Assembly (NCBI GenBank): GCA_016195485.1
Contig: JACPZM010000035.1
Coordinates: 1-44,690, forward strand
Direction: 5' to 3'
Length of the DNA: 44,690 bases
DNA from: Candidatus Troglogloeales bacterium
Lineage (GTDB): Bacteria > Nitrospirota > Nitrospiria > SBBL01 > SBBA01
The position numbers and the translations under genes are program-made. How positions within the stretch are numbered: position 1 is the first letter of the stretch; each line of letters starts with the position of its first letter. This document shows positions 36,245-43,823 of the stretch, one piece after another. Under the pieces are notes generated by a model. The model was not told the DNA's origin and ran no database searches. It saw only the letters and a list, made by a program, of their open reading frames with translations.

Positions 36245-37125
36245 AAATCAAACTCCAGAATAACATTTGTCTTCGGTGTTTCCGGCTGCTGATCAATCGG
36301 CGGGGTACTCGGCAGTTCATGAGTTTCTCCGCTCCCTCCATCCTTATATTCATCCTCACCTGCGCCATCGGGCTTCCCTGCTGTGGGGGGAAGGTCGGTC
36401 CTTTCCCCTGCATCCGGTAAATCTCCCTCTTTCGGATCAGTTAATACTGGCGGAATTATTTCTTTCGGATTATCTGGAAGATCGACTTTGGAAAGAAGCG
36501 CCTGGATCATCCCCGCATCTGTCATAACGGCCGATGCGGTGGGGGGGGTATCGGCGACAACCATCGTAAACTGATTATTCCCGACCTGCACCGCACCCAG
36601 AACAGTTCCGTCAATATTCGCTACGGTGACCTGACCTTCACTGCTCCATATCCCCGTTGCCAACTTTCCTTCCTGCTCAAACACCCAGACTAAAAAATAT
36701 GTCCCGCGCGCGGCCGCAACCGCGGTAGGGGTATGAACCTCAAATTTTGACCCGCTGCCGGTAAAGGCCTTCCCCACCAACGCCCGCGCCGTCCCTGAAA
36801 CCAGATTCAATACAGTGCTCCTTTGATTCTTCTTTGGGTCATAGATATTTTCCGTAATTGCCAGTTTGGTCTTTTCACCCAACGTCACGAGACTGTCATC
36901 CGCAAAAAGGAATTTCGCGCGCGATCCGGGCCCAGTTTCATAACTGTCTTGAAATAAAACTGCATCCCCTTTCTTGACCAACGTCAGATTCTTCTCGCCC
37001 GGATGCACTACACGCATCTCATTCTTCAAGGCGATAACCGACCCGATAGGTTGCTCGGCATTGGCCGAAGAAACCGCGAGCAAAATAACCCCCACTGTGA
37101 TAAAGAACGCCGTTTTATTGTTCAT
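36241..37125 (-). CDS. secreted FecR-domain protein with an acidic/proline-rich C-terminus
   Basis: 294-aa ORF with a signal peptide (AVSSANA) and a FecR-like beta-sandwich pattern (GSVIALKNEMRVVHPG...GDAVLFQDSYETGPGSRAKFLFADDSLVTLGEKTKL). Confidence 0.7.
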   Translation of the reverse strand: MNNKTAFFITVGVILLAVSSANAEQPIGSVIALKNEMRVVHPGEKNLTLVKKGDAVLFQDSYETGPGSRAKFLFADDSLVTLGEKTKLAITENIYDPKKNQRSTVLNLVSGTARALVGKAFTGSGSKFEVHTPTAVAAARGTYFLVWVFEQEGKLATGIWSSEGQVTVANIDGTVLGAVQVGNNQFTMVVADTPPTASAVMTDAGMIQALLSKVDLPDNPKEIIPPVLTDPKEGDLPDAGERTDLPPTAGKPDGAGEDEYKDGGSGETHELPSTPPIDQQPETPKTNVILEFDF

Positions 37126-37136
37126 AATCCCCCCTC

Positions 37137-38672
37137 CTAAAAGGTTGCTATTGCATTGATTGATACCGTTTCTCTTTGATAATCAAAATCGTTGATGTTC
37201 GATCCGTTTTGATTGTGCTGATATGACAATGATCCCGATAAGCCTTTTTTAAAGGTGTGTGTAAACGTCAGGGTATAGGTTTGAATCTGATCCTTCCGTT
37301 TCTCTTGAGTGGAGGAAGAAGAGCTTGGGTTGTCATACAGGCGAACCGTTCCTTCTATCTTCAGGGAAGGCTCAAAGAAGTCCCGAAAAATTGCCGATGG
37401 AGCCCGAACCGAAAGATCTGCCCGATGTCCCAAGTAGTCCCAATCGTCTGCACGGGCAGACTCCTTATCAACCGTATATCCTACATTGACCTTCACCCCG
37501 TTATCGGAAACGGTCTGTGTGAAACTTGCGCCCAAGGCATTGTTTGTTCCTGTTCTATCACTGTTGTTAGGAAAGGCGATGGAGTTTACAAACTGTTTAT
37601 CCGAAAACCGATACTCAAAACGGGTTGTTCGTATCGGGTTTTTGATCAGATCAATGGCGACTTGTAAGAGATTCGTCTGTAAATAGTTATTGCTGTCAAC
37701 ACGGGCATCAGAGAAATGATAGGCAAAATCAAACGGCTGGCGTTTCAATATCAATCCTAAATCATGACTCTGAACGTTAAACTGATTCAGTTCTTTGTGA
37801 AGGGACTGGTAGATCTGATACTGCGCCACGCCCGTAAAACGAGACCTCTCAAAAAACGTGAAGCCGCCCTGAAGAACCACAACAGCTCGAATATCAGACT
37901 GATTAGCAATGCCATTCGGCAGCGGGGCATCTGCAGGGAGCAGCACCACGTTACTGTCCGATTGAATCGCAAAGCTGGTCAAAAAATTCCATCTTTTACC
38001 TTTTGCCCCATTCTCCTTCGTCGCTGCGATTTCAATCTCTTTTAAAAAGGCCCGGGCCGATTGCGCCATGGCCGAATCGGGGGACATTTCAATCACCTCG
38101 TTAAAGGCGTCTTTGGCCTCATCCCAAATTTTCTGACGATAATAGGCCACACCGGCATGATAATAACCCCCCGTGGCCAACTCCGCCGATAGGGGGATGG
38201 CGCGAACAAACTGCGTGGCCGCCTCGGAAAATCGTTTAAGCTGAAGATCATTAAGCCCTAGATAGTAATGGATAGTGGCCTGATGGGTGGGGGATTCCTC
38301 TGAAAGCGGTTCTGCTAACGAGAACTCCGCGACAGATTCGTTATAACGCTTTGTGTGGTAGGCCGCAACGCCCAGATCAAAATGGACCTTTTCAAAAGAG
38401 GTATCTACCTGTTTTAGTGTTGTATATGCCGCCTCATACTGACCCGAAAGACGCTGCGCTACCCCAATGGAATAAATCGCTTGACGATCTTTCGGCTTGG
38501 CAACGAGGGCTTCTTGGAAAACGGCTATAGCTTCTTCATATTGCTTTTCATCCAGAAGATGCACCCCCTTTGCCATTGCCAGATCATATTGTTGCGAGGG
38601 GATTTCCTGTGCCAAAACGGTCCCCCATCCCATGAGACACAATAAGAGCGCCCACATCATCTCTTTTTGCAT
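37137..38672 (-). CDS. outer-membrane protein with N-terminal TPR repeats and a C-terminal beta-barrel
   Basis: The ATG at 38672 follows AAGGAGGTGAT. A signal peptide (WALLLCLMGWGTVLAQE) is followed by several TPR-like repeats, then an alternating-hydrophobic C-terminal half ending in ...INAIATF (terminal Phe). The upstream 95 codons of the track ORF are judged non-coding. Confidence 0.7.
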   Translation of the reverse strand: MQKEMMWALLLCLMGWGTVLAQEIPSQQYDLAMAKGVHLLDEKQYEEAIAVFQEALVAKPKDRQAIYSIGVAQRLSGQYEAAYTTLKQVDTSFEKVHFDLGVAAYHTKRYNESVAEFSLAEPLSEESPTHQATIHYYLGLNDLQLKRFSEAATQFVRAIPLSAELATGGYYHAGVAYYRQKIWDEAKDAFNEVIEMSPDSAMAQSARAFLKEIEIAATKENGAKGKRWNFLTSFAIQSDSNVVLLPADAPLPNGIANQSDIRAVVVLQGGFTFFERSRFTGVAQYQIYQSLHKELNQFNVQSHDLGLILKRQPFDFAYHFSDARVDSNNYLQTNLLQVAIDLIKNPIRTTRFEYRFSDKQFVNSIAFPNNSDRTGTNNALGASFTQTVSDNGVKVNVGYTVDKESARADDWDYLGHRADLSVRAPSAIFRDFFEPSLKIEGTVRLYDNPSSSSSTQEKRKDQIQTYTLTFTHTFKKGLSGSLSYQHNQNGSNINDFDYQRETVSINAIATF

Positions 38673-38961
38673 GATCACCTCCTTTGATATTCGCTGGTTA
38701 GAATCCACTACTGTTTTATACGAGAACACCCACGGCTGGGGCGTAGGATATAACAATGTCAACGAGAAATCAATACCCAAGAACAGAAAGGGTGTGTTAC
38801 CTTCGTCTCGGTGTTTTTTGGCAATGAGGTGTTGGGGGCGGTCAATCTGCGATTGAAGGAGATATCGAGTCAGGGCCGTGGTTTGGATGCAGAGGGTTTT
38901 CATGCAGTCCGACGCGGCGCCCGCTCTCGAATCCTCAGCCCCCTTATTTTTGCACAAGTTG

Positions 38962-38979
38962 TTTTGACGCGACTCCTAA
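38962..38979. repeat. 18-nt direct repeat TTTTGACGCGACTCCTAA (copy 2, contains the stop codon of the PilZ gene)
   Basis: Identical to 36227..36244. CTA at 38976-38978 is the TAG stop on the minus strand. Confidence 0.85.
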
Positions 38980-39314
38980 TTCTGAAGACTCTGAATAAAC
39001 TCCTCATAGTCTGCTGAAGAATATGTCAGGAAAACCCCCATCCCGTTTTTAAGCGCCACGCGCGCGATTGCTGGAGGAACCCGCTTGGCCCACTTTACAA
39101 TCCCTTCACACCGAATTTTTTTTCCAACTGCATGCTCCAGTTCAATGACCAGTTTCGTTTGAGGCGGATAAATCCGGCTCGACTTTAGAAATATCCCTTT
39201 CAGAGAGACATCGTGGGTCAACCCAATATGTAACATGGAGTTGTCTCCAAATCGCACAGGCATCTGCTTCGTATAACGCTTATCAACTCTCTTCTGGTGG
39301 TCATAGCTAAACAT
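38976..39314 (-). CDS. PilZ-domain protein (c-di-GMP receptor-like)
   Basis: The start is placed at ATG 39314. An N-terminal basic RVDKRYTKQ stretch lies where the PilZ RxxxR element is expected (no strict RxxxR seen), followed by DVSLKGIF (D.S.GG-like) and a beta-barrel remainder. Confidence 0.65.
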   Translation of the reverse strand: MFSYDHQKRVDKRYTKQMPVRFGDNSMLHIGLTHDVSLKGIFLKSSRIYPPQTKLVIELEHAVGKKIRCEGIVKWAKRVPPAIARVALKNGMGVFLTYSSADYEEFIQSLQN

Positions 39315-39399
39315 CGTGCAATCTCCAAGACAAAGACACAAACTGGCAATTCCCTTATCGGAGCTTCTGACACAAAACTTTAAAAGAGTAGAAAAAAGA

Positions 39400-39462
39400 T
39401 TGAACTATAGAAAGAACACTAGTGCTGTGACACGGCAGTAGCGGAACAAATCACAGCACTAG
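39400..39462 (-). terminator. terminator-like hairpin after grxD
   Basis: A 12-bp perfect inverted repeat CTAGTGCTGTGA (39419-39430) / TCACAGCACTAG (39451-39462) starts at the stop codon. On the minus strand it is followed by T-rich sequence. The loop is long (20 nt). Confidence 0.45.
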
Positions 39463-39794
39463 GCCACGAGGGTGGGTTCAAACACCTTTTTTAAGAGCGC
39501 TGCCAATTCACCGTTCGCTGCCATGGGGTCCAAAATATCGGTATCGCCATAAAATTGGCCGCCGATAAAAACTTTAGGCAGTGTTGGCCAATTGGTCATT
39601 CGGGATAAGGTCTCCCGCTTTGGCATATTCTGGAGTACATCAACAACGACGTACGGATAGGCATGGCGGTCAAAGAACTCAACAGTTTCTTTTGTAAACC
39701 CGCACATGGGCCGCTCTTTTGTACCCTTGCCATAGATAACAATTTTATCGTCGGAAATCTCTTTTTTTATTTCTTCTTCAATCGGGTCCGCCAT
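39459..39794 (-). CDS. grxD: monothiol glutaredoxin (Grx4 family)
   Basis: 111-aa ORF with the CGFT active site in the KGTKERPMCGFT context and the WPT.P..FI.G.F.GG pattern. Confidence 0.85.
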   Translation of the reverse strand: MADPIEEEIKKEISDDKIVIYGKGTKERPMCGFTKETVEFFDRHAYPYVVVDVLQNMPKRETLSRMTNWPTLPKVFIGGQFYGDTDILDPMAANGELAALLKKVFEPTLVA

Positions 39795-39809
39795 ACTAAA
39801 TCCTCTCTG

Positions 39810-40046
39810 TTACTCCTCTGGGGTGCGTGATTTAATCTCCAACGCGTGAATCCGGCCATCCCGCATTGGCTCATTCAATGCCGCAAACACCTTCCTCTGC
39901 CGGTCTAAAAGGTTCATTTCTCTAAACGCTTCTGAAACAATCTCAAGGGAATAATGGTCCATCACTCCGGTTTTATCAACGATATTCACATCCGCATCCG
40001 GCATACTCTTTTTGAGGTAATCAACAACCGCCTCTTTACTAATCAT
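39810..40046 (-). CDS. bolA: BolA-family protein
   Basis: The start is placed at ATG 40046. The BolA pattern is present (HYSLEIVSEAF.....DRQRKVFAAL......IHALEIKSRTPEE). The longer ORF start lies inside a repeat. Confidence 0.8.
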   Translation of the reverse strand: MISKEAVVDYLKKSMPDADVNIVDKTGVMDHYSLEIVSEAFREMNLLDRQRKVFAALNEPMRDGRIHALEIKSRTPEE

Positions 40047-40097
40047 ATATTCAATGCAGGGGCATTTCGAGCGAAGCGAGAAATGCCCCCACACCCT

Positions 40098-40152
40098 CGC
40101 AGTCGGCGTTCCGACCACGTTCGGACGGGCAAAGGTCGGAACGCCGACTGCG
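40098..40152. repeat. family C: perfect 19-bp inverted repeat with a 17-nt spacer
   Basis: CGCAGTCGGCGTTCCGACC (40098-40116) and GGTCGGAACGCCGACTGCG (40134-40152). Each arm also contains its own GTCGG/CCGAC mini-hairpin. It lies between the ACT-domain gene and bolA. Confidence 0.85.
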
Positions 40153-40181
40153 ACCCGATCCTCACTGAACCCTGAAAAACC

Positions 40182-40595
40182 CTAAAAAGCGCCGAGTGTT
40201 TTTGCTGTTTTTTTAACATCGGCGGTTTTTACCCAAAAGATTGCGCCATATCGTCCTTCTCCCGCCGTGACCGCGTCAATGGCTGTTACATTTATTTTGG
40301 CGGCGGCCAGTTCTGACAATATCTCCGCAACCGCCCCCACGCGATCGGATCCCTGTACAAGAAAGCCGGTCTTCTTTACACTTAACTTCAAGCCGGCCCT
40401 CTTTGCCGCCTTTTTAAAGGAGTCGGTATCTTCGGGAATAAAGTCAATCTGCGCCTTTCTGCCCGAAGGAAAACCGGTGAATGCCAACAAGTTTACGCCC
40501 AACTCCCAAAGGGCCGAAAGAATTTTCGCCCCTTCTCCAGCCTTATTTGGCGCGTCGACATGGAAGTAATTTACTTTTCGAATGGTGTCTCCCAT
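40182..40595 (-). CDS. ACT-domain protein (tandem ACT-like)
   Basis: 137-aa ORF with two beta-alpha-beta-beta-alpha-beta-like halves (NYFHVDAPNKAGEGAKILSAL.. and FLVQGSDRVGAVAEILSELA..). Confidence 0.6.
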   Translation of the reverse strand: MGDTIRKVNYFHVDAPNKAGEGAKILSALWELGVNLLAFTGFPSGRKAQIDFIPEDTDSFKKAAKRAGLKLSVKKTGFLVQGSDRVGAVAEILSELAAAKINVTAIDAVTAGEGRYGAIFWVKTADVKKTAKTLGAF

Positions 40596-40666
40596 AATGA
40601 AATCCTCCCTGATCTTCTTTCAATATCGGCTTGAGGAACTGTTCCTCAACCACCTCTACATGGGCG

Positions 40667-40696
40667 ATTGTACCAAAATACGATAACAAGAAGCAA
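40667..40696 (-). promoter_or_regulatory. promoter for the ACT-domain gene
   Basis: On the minus strand, TTGCTT (40696-40691) is followed by 18 nt and then TGGTACAAT, an extended -10 (TACAAT at 40672-40667). A TTGAGGAAC/GTTCCTCAA hairpin follows at 40631-40649. Confidence 0.4.
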
Positions 40697-40724
40697 TTAA
40701 ATTATTGAAGAATCCAACTGTTCT

Positions 40725-41699
40725 TCAGGCGGCAAATCCCTTCGCCTTTAAGAGACGGTTACGGGCATCTTCATCCGATCGGTAACGAAACGTCTCCATA
40801 GCGGGGGCAACCATATTACAGATTCCCTGGAGCAAAACAAGATGTTCTCGCGTAAACGCCCCTTTTTGGAGAAAGTTGGCTAACACGATAAAACCAAAAA
40901 GATTGCTGCCGTACCAAAAAGGAGCGGCAAGAATCGAGCTGGCTTCCGCAAAGATCCCCTCTGTGCCCAGAGAGGATATGGTCCCTGTGTATCCTAATCC
41001 CCCACTAATCAAAATCGGTTCGGCACTCTTGGTTAAACGAAAGACAAACGGATCAGAAGGATCAAACACGGCTGGAAAGGTTCGAGCAGATTCGTTTTCC
41101 GTTGATTCAACGACATTAAACTCGTTGTTAAACCAATTATAAAGGGCAAAAACGGCTGCGTCGCTCCCCTCAATCTCGCGCACAATCAACTCAAACAGGG
41201 CGCGTGTGAGCGTTGGAAGGTCTGGACTTTTCGAAACAATCTGTCCCGCCTCTGCCAATACAGTTGCGGTTTTGCTGGTAGACCGAAGTCGGCTAATGAG
41301 CAATGTAATCATCGCCATTAGGAAATCAGCCCCCTTTGCCGGATCAGACTGAAGAAGCCCTTTTAAGTACGGAACGGTGATCCGCCACAGCGTGACATCG
41401 GTTAACGAAACCACATCAGCAGAACGCGGCGTTTGATCAAAAACGGCCATCTCTCCAAAGATCTCTTTTTCTCCAATCCGCGCAAGTGTCTTGTATTCTC
41501 CGGTCTCTCGGTTGATGACCTTTCGCACCTCCAGTTCACCAGAGACAACAACAAAAAACGAATCGCCTTTATCTCCCTCCCTCGTAACAGTAAACCCCTC
41601 CGGATATTCTTTTTTTTCCATTAAGTCATAGAGATGGCGAAGAATCGCTTCCGGGAAAGTCGAAAAAAAAGGCAATGCGCGAAATGTTTCAAAAGTCAT
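40725..41699 (-). CDS. cyclic-nucleotide-binding domain protein with a GAF-like C-terminal domain
   Basis: 324-aa ORF with a CNB signature (FGEMAVFDQTPRSADVV). The C-terminal ~150 aa are GAF-like by pattern. ATGA overlap with the upstream PilT-PilT gene. Confidence 0.7.
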   Translation of the reverse strand: MTFETFRALPFFSTFPEAILRHLYDLMEKKEYPEGFTVTREGDKGDSFFVVVSGELEVRKVINRETGEYKTLARIGEKEIFGEMAVFDQTPRSADVVSLTDVTLWRITVPYLKGLLQSDPAKGADFLMAMITLLISRLRSTSKTATVLAEAGQIVSKSPDLPTLTRALFELIVREIEGSDAAVFALYNWFNNEFNVVESTENESARTFPAVFDPSDPFVFRLTKSAEPILISGGLGYTGTISSLGTEGIFAEASSILAAPFWYGSNLFGFIVLANFLQKGAFTREHLVLLQGICNMVAPAMETFRYRSDEDARNRLLKAKGFAA

Positions 41700-43819
41700 A
41701 TTTTTCCTTTCATAATGCCTCCCATAGCCGCAAGGCTGGGAGGGGAGGTGTATTTTTTGGGATCAGTTTCGCGCCGAGAGCGCGTGGTAATTAGAATCTT
41801 CAGGTCGTTGGGGTTTGTCGAGACAGCCAGGGCCTCTTCCTCGGCGATCAGCCCTTCCTGAAGCAGGGACAGAAGGTGCTGGTTCAAGGACTGCATCTTA
41901 TAAAGCGTGCTTCCTTCTTCAATCGCCTTCGGAATTCCTTCCATCTTTCCATCTGCAATCAGACGACGCATGGTGGGGGTATTGACCATGACCTCCATCG
42001 CGGCGATTCTTCCCGACCCGTCGGTGCGGCGTAAGAGCCGCTGGGAAATGATTGCCACCAAGACCAACGAGAGTTGCATCCGAATTTGATTTTGCTGTTG
42101 ATGCGGAAAGACATCAAGAATCCTGTCAATCGACTGTCGGGCGTCATTGGTGTGGAGCGTCGAAAGCACCAAATGCCCTGTCTCCGCGGCCGTCATCGCG
42201 ATTCCAATCGATTCCGCGTCTCGCATCTCCCCGACCATAATAACATCCGGGTCCTGACGGAGCGCCCTGCGAAGGGCCTCTGAATAGGAACGGGTGTCCG
42301 CGCCGACCTCCCGCTGAGTGATCTGGGCTTGCAGATCCTGATGAAGAAACTCAACCGGATCCTCAATCGTAATCACGTGCACCGCCTCGGTCTTATTGAC
42401 GTGATGGATCAATGCCGCAAGCGTGGTTGATTTGCCCGCGCCGGTAGGGCCGGTAATCAGAATCAGACCTTGCTTGCGTGTTGCCAGATCTTTTAAAACC
42501 GACGGAAGCGCCAACGCCTCAATGGTCGGAATAATCTCCGGAATAACCCGAAAGGTCGCACCCAAATTTCCCAGATGGTAAAAATAATTCGCGCGGAACC
42601 GGGCCATCCCTTCCATGCGCAATGAAAAATCGAGTTCTTGATCCCTCTTGAGGAGTTCGACCTGTTGAGGGGTCAGGACCGCGCAGAGAAGCTCAGTTAC
42701 CGCTGCGCGATCCATCTTTGCCTCCGGGGGAAAAGGAATCAGTTTCCCCATCACACGGACAACCTCGGGACGATGGGCGCGCGCAATTGCCATATCGAGC
42801 GTGATCTGACGTTCCTTGACTAAATCAGCCAGCGCCGTGTCCATATCGTTCATTCCAAACTTTGTTCCGGTTTCAATTGCCCCGTAAAGCATATGTGTCT
42901 TTCCTTCTCGAATCAGATTGGAAATCGCGGGGGTCGCCATCATGACCTCTCGCGCCGCTACCCGACCCTTTCCTTCCGCCTTGGGAATGAGCTGCTGACA
43001 AATAACTGCCTGAAGCGTGGTTGAAAGTTGAACACGCACCTGGGATTGCTGACCCGGCGGAAAGACATCAATAATACGATCAACAGATTGTGGGGCATCC
43101 TGTGTATGTAACGTCGCCAACACTAAATGGCCTGTCTCTGCCGCTGAAATCGCAAGGGCGATGGTTTCTAAGTCGCGCATCTCTCCCAGGAAAATGATAT
43201 TGGGGTCCTGGCGCAGGGCATGACGCAGCGCGTCGGCAAACGATCGGGTATGCACCCCCACCTCCCTTTGCCGGATCACACATTTAATCGGTTTATAAAC
43301 AAACTCGATCGGATCCTCAATCGTGAGAATATGGCCGTTCCGTTCTTGGTTAATGCGTTGGACCAAGGACGCCATCGTGGTTGTCTTTCCGGAGCCTGTA
43401 GGGCCGGTGACAAGAACGAGTCCCCGCGGGAGACGGCACAAGGCGAGAATCGCCGGAGCCAAACGAAGCGTCTCCGCTGCTGGAATTTCGTCCGGGATGA
43501 GTCGCATGACCGTTTCCACCCCGTTTCGCTGCATCAGAACATTGACCAGGCAACGCGAAACACCGGGAATAGAAAACGAGGTGTCCAGCTCAAGATGTTC
43601 CTCAAACCGCTGGATCTGCTCCTCATAGAGCATACTGTAAACCAGCCGTTTTGATTCTTCCGGCGTCAGGGCCGGACATTGGGTCATTGGGGTCATCTGT
43701 CCCGAGATCCGCAAGACCGGCGGAAAGCCAATCACCAGATGAATGTCAGACGCCTTTGCCGCCTCGGCATACTTTACGATGTCCAGGATTTCCATACAAA
43801 GCTCCTTTCCCTTATTCAC
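41696..43819 (-). CDS. tandem (fused) PilT-PilT type IV pilus retraction ATPase
   Basis: 707-aa ORF with two complete PilT-type ATPase cores. These show Walker A GPTGSGKTT and GPTGAGKST, ILTIEDPIEF and ITIEDPVEF, Walker B/Asp box IIFLGEMRD and VIMVGEMRD, and His box TGHLVLATLHT and TGHLVLSTLHT. Confidence 0.85.
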   Translation of the reverse strand: MNKGKELCMEILDIVKYAEAAKASDIHLVIGFPPVLRISGQMTPMTQCPALTPEESKRLVYSMLYEEQIQRFEEHLELDTSFSIPGVSRCLVNVLMQRNGVETVMRLIPDEIPAAETLRLAPAILALCRLPRGLVLVTGPTGSGKTTTMASLVQRINQERNGHILTIEDPIEFVYKPIKCVIRQREVGVHTRSFADALRHALRQDPNIIFLGEMRDLETIALAISAAETGHLVLATLHTQDAPQSVDRIIDVFPPGQQSQVRVQLSTTLQAVICQQLIPKAEGKGRVAAREVMMATPAISNLIREGKTHMLYGAIETGTKFGMNDMDTALADLVKERQITLDMAIARAHRPEVVRVMGKLIPFPPEAKMDRAAVTELLCAVLTPQQVELLKRDQELDFSLRMEGMARFRANYFYHLGNLGATFRVIPEIIPTIEALALPSVLKDLATRKQGLILITGPTGAGKSTTLAALIHHVNKTEAVHVITIEDPVEFLHQDLQAQITQREVGADTRSYSEALRRALRQDPDVIMVGEMRDAESIGIAMTAAETGHLVLSTLHTNDARQSIDRILDVFPHQQQNQIRMQLSLVLVAIISQRLLRRTDGSGRIAAMEVMVNTPTMRRLIADGKMEGIPKAIEEGSTLYKMQSLNQHLLSLLQEGLIAEEEALAVSTNPNDLKILITTRSRRETDPKKYTSPPSLAAMGGIMKGKI

Positions 43820-43823
43820 CCAC

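Noticed and set aside
38673-38957. 95-codon N-terminal extension of the TPR-OMP ORF
   Set aside because: A strong AAGGAGGTGAT plus ATG at 38672 is immediately followed by a classical signal peptide. The upstream extension has no signal or motif character, so it is treated as a long leader.
38673-38961. c-di-GMP (GEMM-type) riboswitch in the long leader of the TPR-OMP gene
   Set aside because: The PilZ and HD-GYP context made this attractive. However, I could not find the conserved GEMM-I elements (GGCAAACC ... GACGCAAAGCC-like tetraloop/receptor pattern). The idea remains untested rather than supported.
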